From Callorhinchus milii (lineage: Eukaryota), in NCBI RefSeq assembly GCF_018977255.1, contig NW_024704743.1, forward strand, positions 19,966,001-20,030,000: a stretch of 64,000 nucleotides of DNA, given 5' to 3'. Position 1 is the stretch's first letter. Each line of letters opens with the position of its first letter. The notes under the pieces were generated by a model. That model made no database searches. It saw only the letters and a list, made by a program, of their open reading frames with translations, and was not told where the DNA came from. The position numbers and the translations under genes are program-made. Below, in pieces: positions 1 to 10,290 of the stretch.

Positions 1-76
1 GTATAGGCGACCTCGGTGTGTTTACTGGATGTTTATTCACATTTTTTTATGGTGTCATCAGAATTCTTGCTAGCCA

Positions 77-425
77 TCAGCCTGACTCAGTTGGTAGCAC
101 TCTTGCCCCCGAGTCAGAAGGCACATTGTATGTTTAAGGCCCCTGGTGAAATTTTGAACTCACATAGTCTAGTCTCACACTGCAATACAGTGCTGGGGTG
201 GTATTGCATTATTGGAGGTGCTGTCCTTCAGAAGAGAAGTTAAACCAAAGTCCCAACTGCCTGCTTGGATAAACATTAAAAAATCATGGTGTTAAATTAA
301 AAAGAGAAGGGAGTTTCCCATGTAGTCCTGGTCTAAAGTTTCCACAGTAATGCATTTCAAGACTTTCTGTAGGACATTGCTGAGCACAAATTGGCTGCCA
401 TGTTTACCTACAAATACATTGTCAT
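77..425 (+). mobile_element. Old tRNA-headed SINE with Deu-like central domain
   Basis: Decayed A-box head (gactcagttggtagcactcttgcc), central block (ggaggtgctgtccttcagaagagaagttaaaccaaagtccc) and 3' block (ggacattgctgagcacaaattggctgcc) are shared with copies at 27.5, 45.2 and 58.0 kb. Confidence 0.7.
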
Positions 426-708
426 TCCGGCAAATCCTATGTAACAAAATGCAAGGATTAGATTTATTTTACCACTATTTTTAAAAATAATCTTTGCACA
501 GCAATGCAGTTGTATAACGTGTTCTAATTGGCCTTGTACTGAAGGTGTTTCATTCTGAACAGGTTGAAAATAAATCATCTTTGCACATGGCCAAAACAGT
601 TCATTAAAACGATTGCTTCCAGAGCAAGCATGCAGTTGGGGTAAATATGAACTGTAAACTTTCAGCTGGTATTTAGCCAATGTGTGAACAATTAATACAA
701 TAACAAGT

Positions 709-944
709 GGAGTACTGTAGCTCAGTGGTTAAAGCATTCGCCTCACAAGCGAGAGACCTGTGTTCGATTCCCGGCAGGGCAAAACCTTGGGCAAGTTTCT
801 TTACTCCACACGCCTGATAATAATCCCTCAAGAAAAAAAACAATAATAAATTGGTCACTTCAACCCATGAATGTTTGTGGGACACGGCTGTGCGCAATTG
901 GCTGCCGCGTTTTGCCCACAAACGTACAGTCAATTAACTTTACA
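709..944 (+). mobile_element. Young tRNA-derived SINE, 5' part (split by CR1 insertion)
   Basis: A box TAGCTCAGTGG and B box GTTCGATTCC are present. The body matches other copies up to ctttaca, where CR1 sequence begins. Confidence 0.93.
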
Positions 945-3482
945 ACAAGGGACAGAAAACCCTAGTGGGAGTAGTTTATAGACCCCCGAACAGCAGTCAC
1001 AGTATCTCTCAAAGTATAAATCAGGAAATTAGCAGAGCATGTAGTAAAGGAAAAACATTAATTGTGGGTGATTTTAATCTGCACATAGATTGGGACAACT
1101 AAATTGGGAAAAGTATGATAGAGGAAGAGTTTATAGAATGTATTAGAGATAATTATCTAGATCAGTATGCCGAGGAGCCAACCAGGGAACAGGCCATATT
1201 AGACCTTGTTTTGTGCAATGAAGCAGGACTGATCAGCAAACTGGAAATTAAGGCTCCTCTAGGGCAAAGTGATCATAATACGATGGAATTTAGCACTAAG
1301 TTAGAGAGAGAAGTAGTTAAGTCTGAAACAAAGGTTTTAAATTTAAGTAGAGCCAATTGTGCTGGTATGAGAGAGGATTTAGCCAAAATAAACTGGGAAA
1401 TTAGATTTAAGGATATGACAGTAGACCAGCAAAGGCAGACATTTAAGGAGATAGTGCAAAATTCCCAGCGAGCACGTATTCCTTTGAGGAATAAGAATGC
1501 CATGGGAAAGGTGGCCCAACCGTGGCTTACTAGAGCAGTTAGGGAAAGTATAAAGTTAAAGGAAGAAGCCTATAAAGCAGCTAAGATGAGTAGTAAACCC
1601 GAGGATTGGGAGAACTTTAGGGATCAACAAAGGAGAACCAAAAAAGTGATTAAGAGGGAGAAAATGGAATATGAGGGCAAACTAGCGAGGAACATAAAGA
1701 CAGACTGCAAGAGTTTTTATAAGTATATAAAGAGGAAGAGGCTGTCAAGGGTAAATGTGGGTCCGCTACAGTCAGAGACAGGGGGAATTATAGTCGGGGA
1801 CAAAGACATGGCAGAGTTATTAAACAAGTACTTTGCTACTGTCTTCACCTTAGAAGACACTGAAAACCTACCAAGCATAGAGGGGAACCAAGAAGAAAAT
1901 GTTAGCGAGTAACTTGGAGGAATTAATATTAGTAAAGAAATGGTTTTAGGTAAATTATCGTGTCTTAAAACTGATAAATCTCCTGGACCTGATGGCCTAC
2001 ATCCTGGGGTTTTAAAAGAGGTGGCTACTGAGATAGTGGATGGCTTGTCTTTGATCTTCCAAAATTCTCTGGATTCTGGAACGGTTCCCATTGATTGTAA
2101 GATTGCAAACGTGACAACACTATTTAAGAAGGGTGGGAGCGAAAAGATGGGAAACTATAGACCAGTTAGTCTGACATCAGTGGTGGGGAAAATTCTTGAG
2201 TCCTTAATTAAGGATGTCGTTATGGGATTCCTGGAAGACCATAACAAGATTAGGCAGAGTCAACATGGCTTTACAAAAGGGAAGTCATGCTTAACTAATC
2301 TTTTAGAGTTTTTTGAAGGTGTACCTAACAGGTTAGATAGGGGAGAACCAGTAGATGTAGTATATTTAGATTTTAAAAAGGATAAAAGAGTGGCTAACGG
2401 GTAGAAAACAGAGAGTAGGGATAAACGGGTCATTATCGAATTGGCAGGATGTGACTAGTGGAGTGCCACAATGATCAGTGCTTGGGCCTCAGCTATTTAC
2501 AATTTACATCAATGATCTAGACGAGGACATTGAATGTAACGTATCTAAATTCACGGATGACACTGAACTAGGTGGGAGAGTAAGCTCTGAGGATGATGCA
2601 AAAAGATTGCAACGGGATATATATAGGCTAGGGGAGTGGGCGAGTAGGTGGCAGATGGAATTTAATGTGAGGAAGTGTGAAGTTATTCACCTAGGTAGAA
2701 AAAATAGAAAAACAGATTATTTTCTAGAGGGGGAGAGATTAGATAGTGTTAGTGTGCAGAGGGATTTGGGTGTCCTTGTACACCAGTCTCAAAAAGTTAG
2801 TTTGCAGGTGCAGCAAGCAACTAAAAAGGCGAACGGCATGTTAGCGTTCATTGCAAAAGGTTTAGAGTACAAGAGTAGGGAAGTCTTGCTGCAACTGTAT
2901 AGGGCCTTGGTGAGACCGCACCTAGAGTATTGTGTGCAGTTTTGGTCTCCTTATTTAAAAAAGGACATACTTGCCCTAGAGGGGGTGCAGCGTAGATTCA
3001 CTCGGTTAGTTCCTGGGATGAGGGGACTGACCTATGAGGATTGGCTGAATAAACTAGGGCTATATTCTCTAGAGTACAGAAGAATTAGGGGGGATCTTAT
3101 TGAAACTTATAAGATTCTTAAAGGGCTGAATAAAGTAGACACAGAGGGTCTGTTTCCCCTGGTAGGAGAATCTATAACCAGGGGTCACAGTCTTAAAATT
3201 AAGGGTCAGCCTTTTAGAACAGAGTTGAGGAAACATTTCTTCACTCAGAGGGTAGTGAATTATGGAATTCACTACCCCAGAAGGCTGTAGATGCTCAGTC
3301 CTTGAACATCTTCAAGGCTGAGACTGACAGATTTTTAAAAAGCAGAGGGATTAGGGGATATGGGGATAGGGCAGGTAATTAGAGTTAGGTCTGAAGATCA
3401 GCCATGATCTTATCGAATGGCGGGGCAGGCTCGAGGGGCTGAATGGCCTACTCCTGCTCCTAATTGTTATGTTCTTATGTTC
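945..3482 (+). mobile_element. CR1-clade LINE, 5'-truncated, ORF2 disrupted
   Basis: APE C-terminus (GDFN, ILDLVL, SDHN), tether, RT motifs (KSPGPDG, NYRPVSLTS, QHGFTKGKSCLTNL, FTDD), LVRPHLEYCVQFWSP, 3' UTR hairpin and TTCTTATG-type tail. Confidence 0.97.
1115..3290 (+). pseudogene. CR1 ORF2 (endonuclease/reverse transcriptase) pseudogene
   Basis: Split over ORFs 1115-1912, 1940-2404 and 2478-3290 by in-frame stops (PQGS has become PQ*S) and by a deletion after YLDF near 2380. Confidence 0.93.
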
Positions 3483-3560
3483 TATTCTGTGAAGTGCTTT
3501 GAGACGTCTAGAAGACATGAAAAGCTCTATATCAAATGCAAGGATTATTATCATTATTAT
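3483..3560 (+). mobile_element. Young SINE, 3' part (continuation of 709-944)
   Basis: Resumes at tattctgtgaag and ends in caaatgcaagg-(att)n. Confidence 0.92.
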
Positions 3561-4429
3561 ATATAGAATAAACCCAGAGATAGGAAATAATTCTCATTCA
3601 ACATTGTATTTTTTACAAACCAACTGCTTCTGAATTTTATGAAGCAAGTCCTTTTTCCTTTCATCTGTTTGGAACACCAGCCAAACAGAAAAAGTGCATT
3701 CTACAGATCAGGAGATGGCTCTATCATACAAATAAAGAACAACAGTCTGCAGTGTTCATCCTATCCATGGTTTCAAAGTGGTAAAATGCAAGTTGGTGGA
3801 CTGTACATGACTGATCTTTACACATCCGGTTTCCAATCTGCAGTCAAAACGAGATACAGCTAAAAATATATTGTTTGATATTACATATTCACACATACGC
3901 AATGTCAATCAACGTTGATCCTCTTGGGCCCATCCTAATAACAGGTTTGAGCTGAATGGGTAGAATGTGTAATCGTGTTCAGTATAAAGAGAAAATCAAA
4001 ATACAAATAAAAAAATGGCCGTGCAATGTCACAAATATATCAGCTCAATAAAAGTCCATCAATGTCAGAGGGACATATAAATGAGCAGGACTGGAATTGT
4101 GACCAATATTATGGGCCAGCTGGTCAGTCTGAAAGTCCTACCCTCCACTTGTACGACTAAGTAGATTTCTTCGCCAAATAATGATTCAATTTGCTCTTGA
4201 ATTTTCTGATATAATCTATATCCATGCCCCCCCTCCCCCCCCCAGGTAGTCCATTTCACATAGTCACAATTCTCTTTGAAGTAAATCTAAACTGTACAGG
4301 AACACAGGTGTAAAATCTCCTGCTTTCTGAAATAACCATTATTACAAGACGAGTGTCTCCAATATTTATCAAGTTCCTGGAAAGAAATGTTTGCCTCAGC
4401 TGCCATCTCCTTGAGAGATGAAGAGGAAG

Positions 4430-4545
4430 AATATTAAAGGGCAGGGGAGCAAATAGAGCGTGATTAGATGAGCTCACACGGAATCAAACACTGTCAGACA
4501 CTCAATGGGCCAAACGGTCTGATTCTGTGCTGAATCATTCCATGA
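4430..4545 (+). mobile_element. Old CR1 3' end fragment
   Basis: atgggccaaacggtctgattctgtgctg resembles the CR1 3' UTR seen at 34.07 kb. Confidence 0.55.
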
Positions 4546-5144
4546 TATTTTATTGAAGCATTTCCAGAGTGAGCACACTCACAGATGACTCATCCCATTC
4601 CAACCTTTCTTCGCAAACCAACTTCAATTTTGACATTTTATATTACAGGAGTAAACTTTTTCAAACTGCCTCCTTCAAACAATAAAGGTCAAGAAGCCAT
4701 AGAGCTTGGTTGCCGTAGCAATTTCCTATTAATCTTACACAGAACCTGTTGGTAAGGACAAATGCAATACTTAGCCCCACTGGATACCTTGTTCTACTTA
4801 ATCTCATTTTGTGCATCACTTCCCTTAAAAGGCAAACTTCAAGATAATGTGCTACAATGGCTTTCTCGTTCCTTCCGGCGTTAAAAAACATTTTTAAAAA
4901 ACTGTGTTAGGATTTATAATATTTGGTTAATTTTTATTTACATCATTGAAAATAAACGAAAAGCAATTCCCATCTTGAGAATTTTCTAAAAACATTCTGG
5001 GAGCCCATTTCAAATACTATAATCACAGCTGTCAAATCCATCTTCTCTGGAAAACCATTCAATGGTTCCGTGCAAATTACTAAATGCTGATGAAGGTTAT
5101 TTATTCATTATGGGCATTATAATGGGCAACTTTATGGTCATCAT

Positions 5145-5263
5145 TTGGCCCACAAAATATACAGTCAATTCACTTTACAGTATATTCTTTGAGACGTTTC
5201 AAGACGTGATAAGGTGCTACATCAAATGCAAGATTATTATTGTTATTATTATCATCATCATAA
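5145..5263 (+). mobile_element. Young SINE 3' fragment
   Basis: cccacaaaatatacagtcaattcactttacag...aaatgcaag-(att)n. Confidence 0.85.
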
Positions 5264-6121
5264 TGTAACACTCGCACGCACAAAAAATAAATAATACTTT
5301 AATCAAGGCAAACAAAAGGGCAAATTTCTTCCAAAAATGTTTGTAGGATTAGTAACAGGAAGAAAATTGGAGTTTTAGCACCATGAAAATTTCTTCAATT
5401 AAATTAAAAATTCTAATTTTCTACCTAGAAATAGAAATACCATTTTCTTAACACATTCTTAAAATTTTCCACCAACCTTGATGCAACTGAACATAAGAGT
5501 ATTTAATCAGGATCTAAATGCGCACAGAATCTTTGGTAAAGTTGCAGATAATTTTGATTTCAAAAATGGTTTGTAACCATTATTGCAACATTAGATTAGG
5601 GAAGAAAGAGAGGTAAGGGCCAGAACAGAATACTATCCATGAAAAAACATATTCACAGGAGAAGTTCCTTGAACTCAGACTGCCCTTCCATCCCTCATGC
5701 TGACATTGATCTTACAGATTAATTGATGGGAATTTGATGTTAAGATTCTAAAGCCATAAAACCATAGCGGTAGCCGTTGTTAAACTACAAAATAAGTATA
5801 AAAATATTTGCTTGGGTTGACTTTAAATGTGCTTCACAAACCATTTAAATTAATCTGGCATGCAATTGTGAATGCTAGCAATATTGCCAACAACAAAAGC
5901 AAACAATTATTACTTTTAAATGTGGAGTGATCTACCAATCATAGTAGCAATGATTCAGTTATCTCTCTAATGTATTTTTAATAGATTTCCTGTCTGTGTT
6001 ATTTAATAAGACTCAACAAGTGTGAACAAAAAATATAAGCCGCAATTGTGTTTCATTTAAACTGGATTTGGAGAAGGGAATGCTGTGGCAGAGAAAATAA
6101 TATTAGGCCTACTATTCGTGT

Positions 6122-6199
6122 GTTAGTCTGGCTCAGGTGTAGCACTCTTGCCTCTGAGTCAGAGTGTTATGGGTTCAAGCCCCAGGTGGGACTTTGAAC
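6122..6199 (+). mobile_element. tRNA-derived head of old Deu-type SINE
   Basis: gtagcactcttgcctctgagtcagag...gggttcaagcccca matches heads at 85, 27470 and 57985. Confidence 0.7.
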
Positions 6200-6343
6200 T
6201 GATGGTCTCGGTAGTCCAGCTCCTTAGCCAGGCGGGTCTGCAGTACTCCAGGGCACTGCTGATGACATCGCAGTCAGCTTGGCTCATTGGCAGAAATTGG
6301 ATGGGTAGACCAGTCACTGGGGGCAGGGAATCATCCCACTGAG
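6200..6343 (+). repeat. Unclassified structured repeat (family X), internal fragment
   Basis: Aligns by eye with the reverse complement of 19290-19435 and with 45600-45735. Confidence 0.85.
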
Positions 6344-6941
6344 CTAGTGCTGAAGGGTTGATATCCGGTGACTCTCCATCCTAAAAGGTTATTAAATAAA
6401 TCTCTATCCTTCTGAGGCCCTAATTTTCAAGGTGAGAGCAATATTTTTTTCTTTCTGTGAGAGAACGTACAGGCATTTTTGTCTGGTTAGGCATCTTGCA
6501 TGATACTTCATTTGATTTGAAAACAGAAGATTGCATAAAGGTACAAATGGCAAGCATAAGGCTTCATACTAAGTATATACTAAAAGCATTTGTGCTGAAG
6601 GAAATCCAGTGCAAAACCTCCCCTAGCAACCAGAATGGCGACAATTCAGCAGCATTTAGGAGAGGATGCTCCATTAAATGAGTTAGCTGAAAAACTCTGC
6701 AACATTACAATGCTCATTTAATAATATTTTAAACTGGTGTTTCCTTACATAATAAGATGGTTTTGGTAGAGGGCTATCATTACAGTTGAAGTTATTGACA
6801 TGCGGGTCCCCATTCTCTTCTAATTATGCAGCTGAACCATTGCAGAAATCAGTTTATAATCTGATTATAGACATCCAGTCTTAATAGTCGAATCAAATGA
6901 CAATTCTGAGCAATTAAAGCAGACTTCACAACAGTATCATT

Positions 6942-7000
6942 GTACAGTTCAGCCCCGTTATAGCATGCTTCCTTACAGCATGAATTTGGTTATAACAGTT
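6942..7000 (+). mobile_element. Possible Tigger/pogo-like terminal fragment
   Basis: TA followed by cagttcagccccgttatagc and an internal gttataac repeat. Similar to 16141-16185. Confidence 0.35.
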
Positions 7001-7037
7001 TATCTGTGAACTCAATTCACTGCAAGCAGCCACTCAC

Positions 7038-7310
7038 TTGCCATTACGTTCTGCCTGTGCTAAGTCAGCTGTGCATGCGCAAAGCCAGAAGTGACGTGAT
7101 AGTGGATCTAATAACCCCAGAGAAGGTAGAGGAGACCCAGGAATGAGGGAGGCTTGAGTGTGACTGACGGTCACTTGAAAGATCAACAGACGTCCAATTT
7201 TAAAACTGTGTTCGGACTTATTTGGAGTACATAATCTCTCCTTGCTTGTTGTGTTGTGAATGAGTTGCAGGAGAAAATCCCCAGAGATATATTGTAGTGA
7301 ATATCCTGAC
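7038..7310 (-). other. Candidate 273-nt exon (unverified, product unknown)
   Basis: Minus-strand acceptor ctgtttttatttctag|G and donor CAA|GTGAGT; length divisible by 3; one open frame. No protein recognised. Confidence 0.25.
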
Positions 7311-7409
7311 CTAGAAATAAAAACAGTGACAAGGTCTGGAAATGGGAGAGGAAGAGACAACTTTGCACCATAAGTCTGTAAGACAGAAGTTTTGTGTAGC
7401 TGAACATAT

Positions 7410-7730
7410 AATAATAATAATAATAATCCTTGCATTTGATATAGCACTTTTCACATCGGGAGGACGTCCCAAAGCGCTTCACAGAACACACTGTAAAGTG
7501 AATTGACTGTATATTTGTGGGCGAACGCGGCAGCCAATTGCGCACAGCAATGTCCCACAAACAGTCAGTCGTGGGTTGAAGAGACCAATTTATTATTGTT
7601 TTGGTTTTGGAGGGATTATTATCAGGCGTGTGGAGTAAGGAAACTTGCCCAAGGTTTCGCCCTGCCTGGAATTGAACTCAGGCCTCTCGCTTGCAAAGCG
7701 AGTGCTCTAACCACTGAGCTATAGGACTCC
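7410..7730 (-). mobile_element. Young tRNA-derived SINE, full length (short variant)
   Basis: Complete head with A and B boxes, body and (aat)n tail. Confidence 0.95.
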
Positions 7731-7813
7731 AATGAATAAGACTGATAGAAATTCAAGCAAAGATTACCTGGTCTGTAATGGAGGCTTGTTTGGGAATTTT
7801 TAAAAAAAATTGT

Positions 7814-8400
7814 GGTCAGCCGGGTGGGTGTCTGGCACATGGAGAAACCCATCACCACGCTAAAGAGTATCCAAACTAAACTGAGAATTCCATGCATCCC
7901 ACCTACACATGGAAATTCCAGAGATAGATTTCTGAAATAGAATGTGCACTCTCTCCCTGGAGGGACACATCCTGCTTATCTAATTCCAGAAAGCATTAGG
8001 CACAGGTTGGCAGGAGCCAAGGCTTGGGGACCCAGAGTGTGCGTTGGGGTATACTCCTGGAGTCTAACTGGCTAAAACCACAAAGCTTGCCATTGATAGT
8101 ACCGTTTGTCAAGCTTTCCCACTGCTTGACCAGCTAGGACCACCCTACCCGTTAGGGTTTTAGCTTGAAGGGTTAACAGGAGCCGTATGGGAGGATTTCC
8201 TGCCCTCAGTGACTGATCTCCCCCTCCAAGTTCTGTCAATGAGCCAGGCTGGCTATCATCAACAGGGCCCTGGAGTACTGCAAACCCTCCTTGTTCAGGA
8301 ACCTGACTGCCGAGACTGCCACGAAGTGCTGGCTCGATTCTGATATTCTGTTGCCAGAAATGTCACCTTGGAGTCAGTTCAGCTCCAAGGAGGCCTGACT
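7814..8400 (-). repeat. Unclassified structured repeat (family X), apparently complete copy of about 590 bp
   Basis: Spans all six other fragments. One end is shared with the 19.5 and 45.5 kb copies, the other with the 25.4 and 57.35 kb copies. Strand is arbitrary (A-rich end taken as 3'). Confidence 0.85.
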
Positions 8401-8459
8401 CCCGCTGTCTGGGAAGAATCAGACAAAGAAAGGAGGAAGCAGCAGATTTTCCACATAAC

Positions 8460-10290
8460 CTAGTATGCACTTTGTGCTTTCAGGCATATCTGCTGAATAG
8501 CTAAAAGCAAGAAAATATTTGAGATGAATGTTCATGGCTCTTCAATGAATGCCCAGAATGTCATCAATTACAAGACAAATATCTTCCAGAAGTTTTCAGC
8601 TATTATCAAGCAGAAATTAAGATTTTATGGAGGATGAAAAATTCTCTTTGGAGGGCAACCAGCAATCAATATCTTTGCACACTATTACAGTGTGTAAAAA
8701 AAAAAGCAATCAATGCGTAATCTTTTTTAAATCATCTGTTCATTTTGTGCAATGTGAGTGTCATTTCTGCATGGATTCCGGATGTCTTGAGAGAGTAGCC
8801 TGGCATGGGAAAACTGTGTCAATCAATAGTGATTCTGCAGTACAATTTTAAGGCTCAGTAAAGATGCTGCAAAACGTGCACCAACACCTGCTGCACATCC
8901 CATCGTTACCCATCTTTTGCATGTAGCCATTGAACGGTTCAAGGAATAACCTATGAGCAATGACTAGAAAAACAAGGGCTTTCCAGTCTTGAGAGAAGAT
9001 GACTCATGGGGGACCTTGTAGAAGTGTACAACATTTTAAATGGAATTGAAAAAGTAAACCCAGACCAATACTTCAGGATGTAATGAGTCAGTGGAACAAG
9101 AGGACATAGGTTTAGATTTCTGAAGGACAAATTCAGGAGATATACCAGGAAGTTTTTCTTAACTCGGAGAGTAATCAATGACTGGAACAGGTTGCCAGGA
9201 AAGGTTACTAGGACACTGGACTGATTTAAAAAGCAACTTGATGCTGTGAGGGGGAATGTGGGGGGACGGGGGGATCGGCTGGGGGGGTGTTCTGGAAGGC
9301 AAGATCGGATGCACCAAAGGGCCTTCTTCATCCAAACCAATCTTGTGATTGTGCAATCAAAATTGACGAGTTTCATGACATCGATGAGTTTGTCTTTCAT
9401 TTTCCTATAATATTCAAGTTTGCAAAGAAGCAGAATTGAGCACTGTTCAGACTCTGTGCGTCCACCATTGGGAGCAAATTACATTCCATGTGGCTCCTGT
9501 TGTGACATTGCAGTGGGTTTCTTTCCTAACTTGAAGCAGGGTATATCCATGAGTATTGGGAACCCCATTAGACAATTTAATTAACGAAGAAGGCACAGCC
9601 ACCTCAAAGAAGGCAAAGAAACTACATCTGATGGCTAGTGGAAGATGCTTTGCAAGTTATTTTTTCTCAGTGCAATTCTGACAAACATCCATCAGATACA
9701 GCTACAGATGGAAACAAAAGCACTGCTGATATACCGCATTGAGACACTGGTTATCTATAGCCTCCAGGTTGCTGATGAATGCAAAAATGCCACGAAGAAA
9801 CTAGAACACCAAACAATGATCTGGCTCCAGGAAGCAATCCCTGAAATCTGCAATGCAGGCTTTTTGCAGCAGCGTTCCAAAATAAAATGAAGGCAATCAC
9901 ACCTCTCAAGGGACTCTATGGACCAAGTTCTTTCTTTGCCAATTGCAGAACACTTGATCCACGGCTCAGATTTCACACGATGCTAACGACTGTGAAAATA
10001 TTCTTCAAGTCTTCCTTTGCAATAAAAAAAATCAGGTGTGATTTTGCCATTGACGTAGCTCGTAATGTGATCAACGCTGAACGTATAACACTTCTTGAAT
10101 TGTGGAGGAATCAAACCCAGTCATTGCTTGTGGTGTTGGCACTACATGCTCTCACAAAACCAGTCACTTTCGCATCTGTTGAAATGGCATTCATCCAGCT
10201 TAGATATGTTCAAGACAAGTGAAGGGTGTGCTTCACCGAAATGCAACTTGAATTCACAACACAATAAGGACACATCAAATATTTGAGCTT
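8460..10290 (+). pseudogene. Decayed hAT-superfamily transposase (CGGBP1-related type), interrupted by CR1
   Basis: Collinear motifs across frameshifts: LQDKYLPEVF, SINSDSA, HLLHIP/THLLHVAIE, PVVT-QWVSF, FFANCRTLDPR and LALHALTKPVTFASVEMAF (PxxSAxxERxFS catalytic-Glu motif). Confidence 0.75.
8951..9353 (+). mobile_element. CR1 3' fragment inserted in the hAT fossil
   Basis: Encodes GDLVEVYNILNG and FLTRRVINDWNRLP, followed by a 3' UTR and a tcttgtga-type tail. Confidence 0.88.

Noticed and set aside
6233..6300. Hammerhead ribozyme in family X (GTC...CTGATGA...GAAA)
   Set aside because: Stem I does not start directly after GTC, no stem II closes onto GAAA, and GAAA is absent at that position in the 19.3 kb and 45.6 kb copies.
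7183..7724. Recurrent small ORFs such as MWDIAVRNWLPRSPTNIQSIHF and QACGVRKLAQGFALPGIE as a gene family
   Set aside because: They are incidental translations of the non-coding SINE, repeated wherever it occurs.
8150..8192. Telomerase-template-like (CCCTAAC) or group II intron domain V-like (GAGCCGTATG) motifs in family X
   Set aside because: No pseudoknot or H/ACA features and no complementary domain V strand. GAGCCGTATG is not kept in the other copies.
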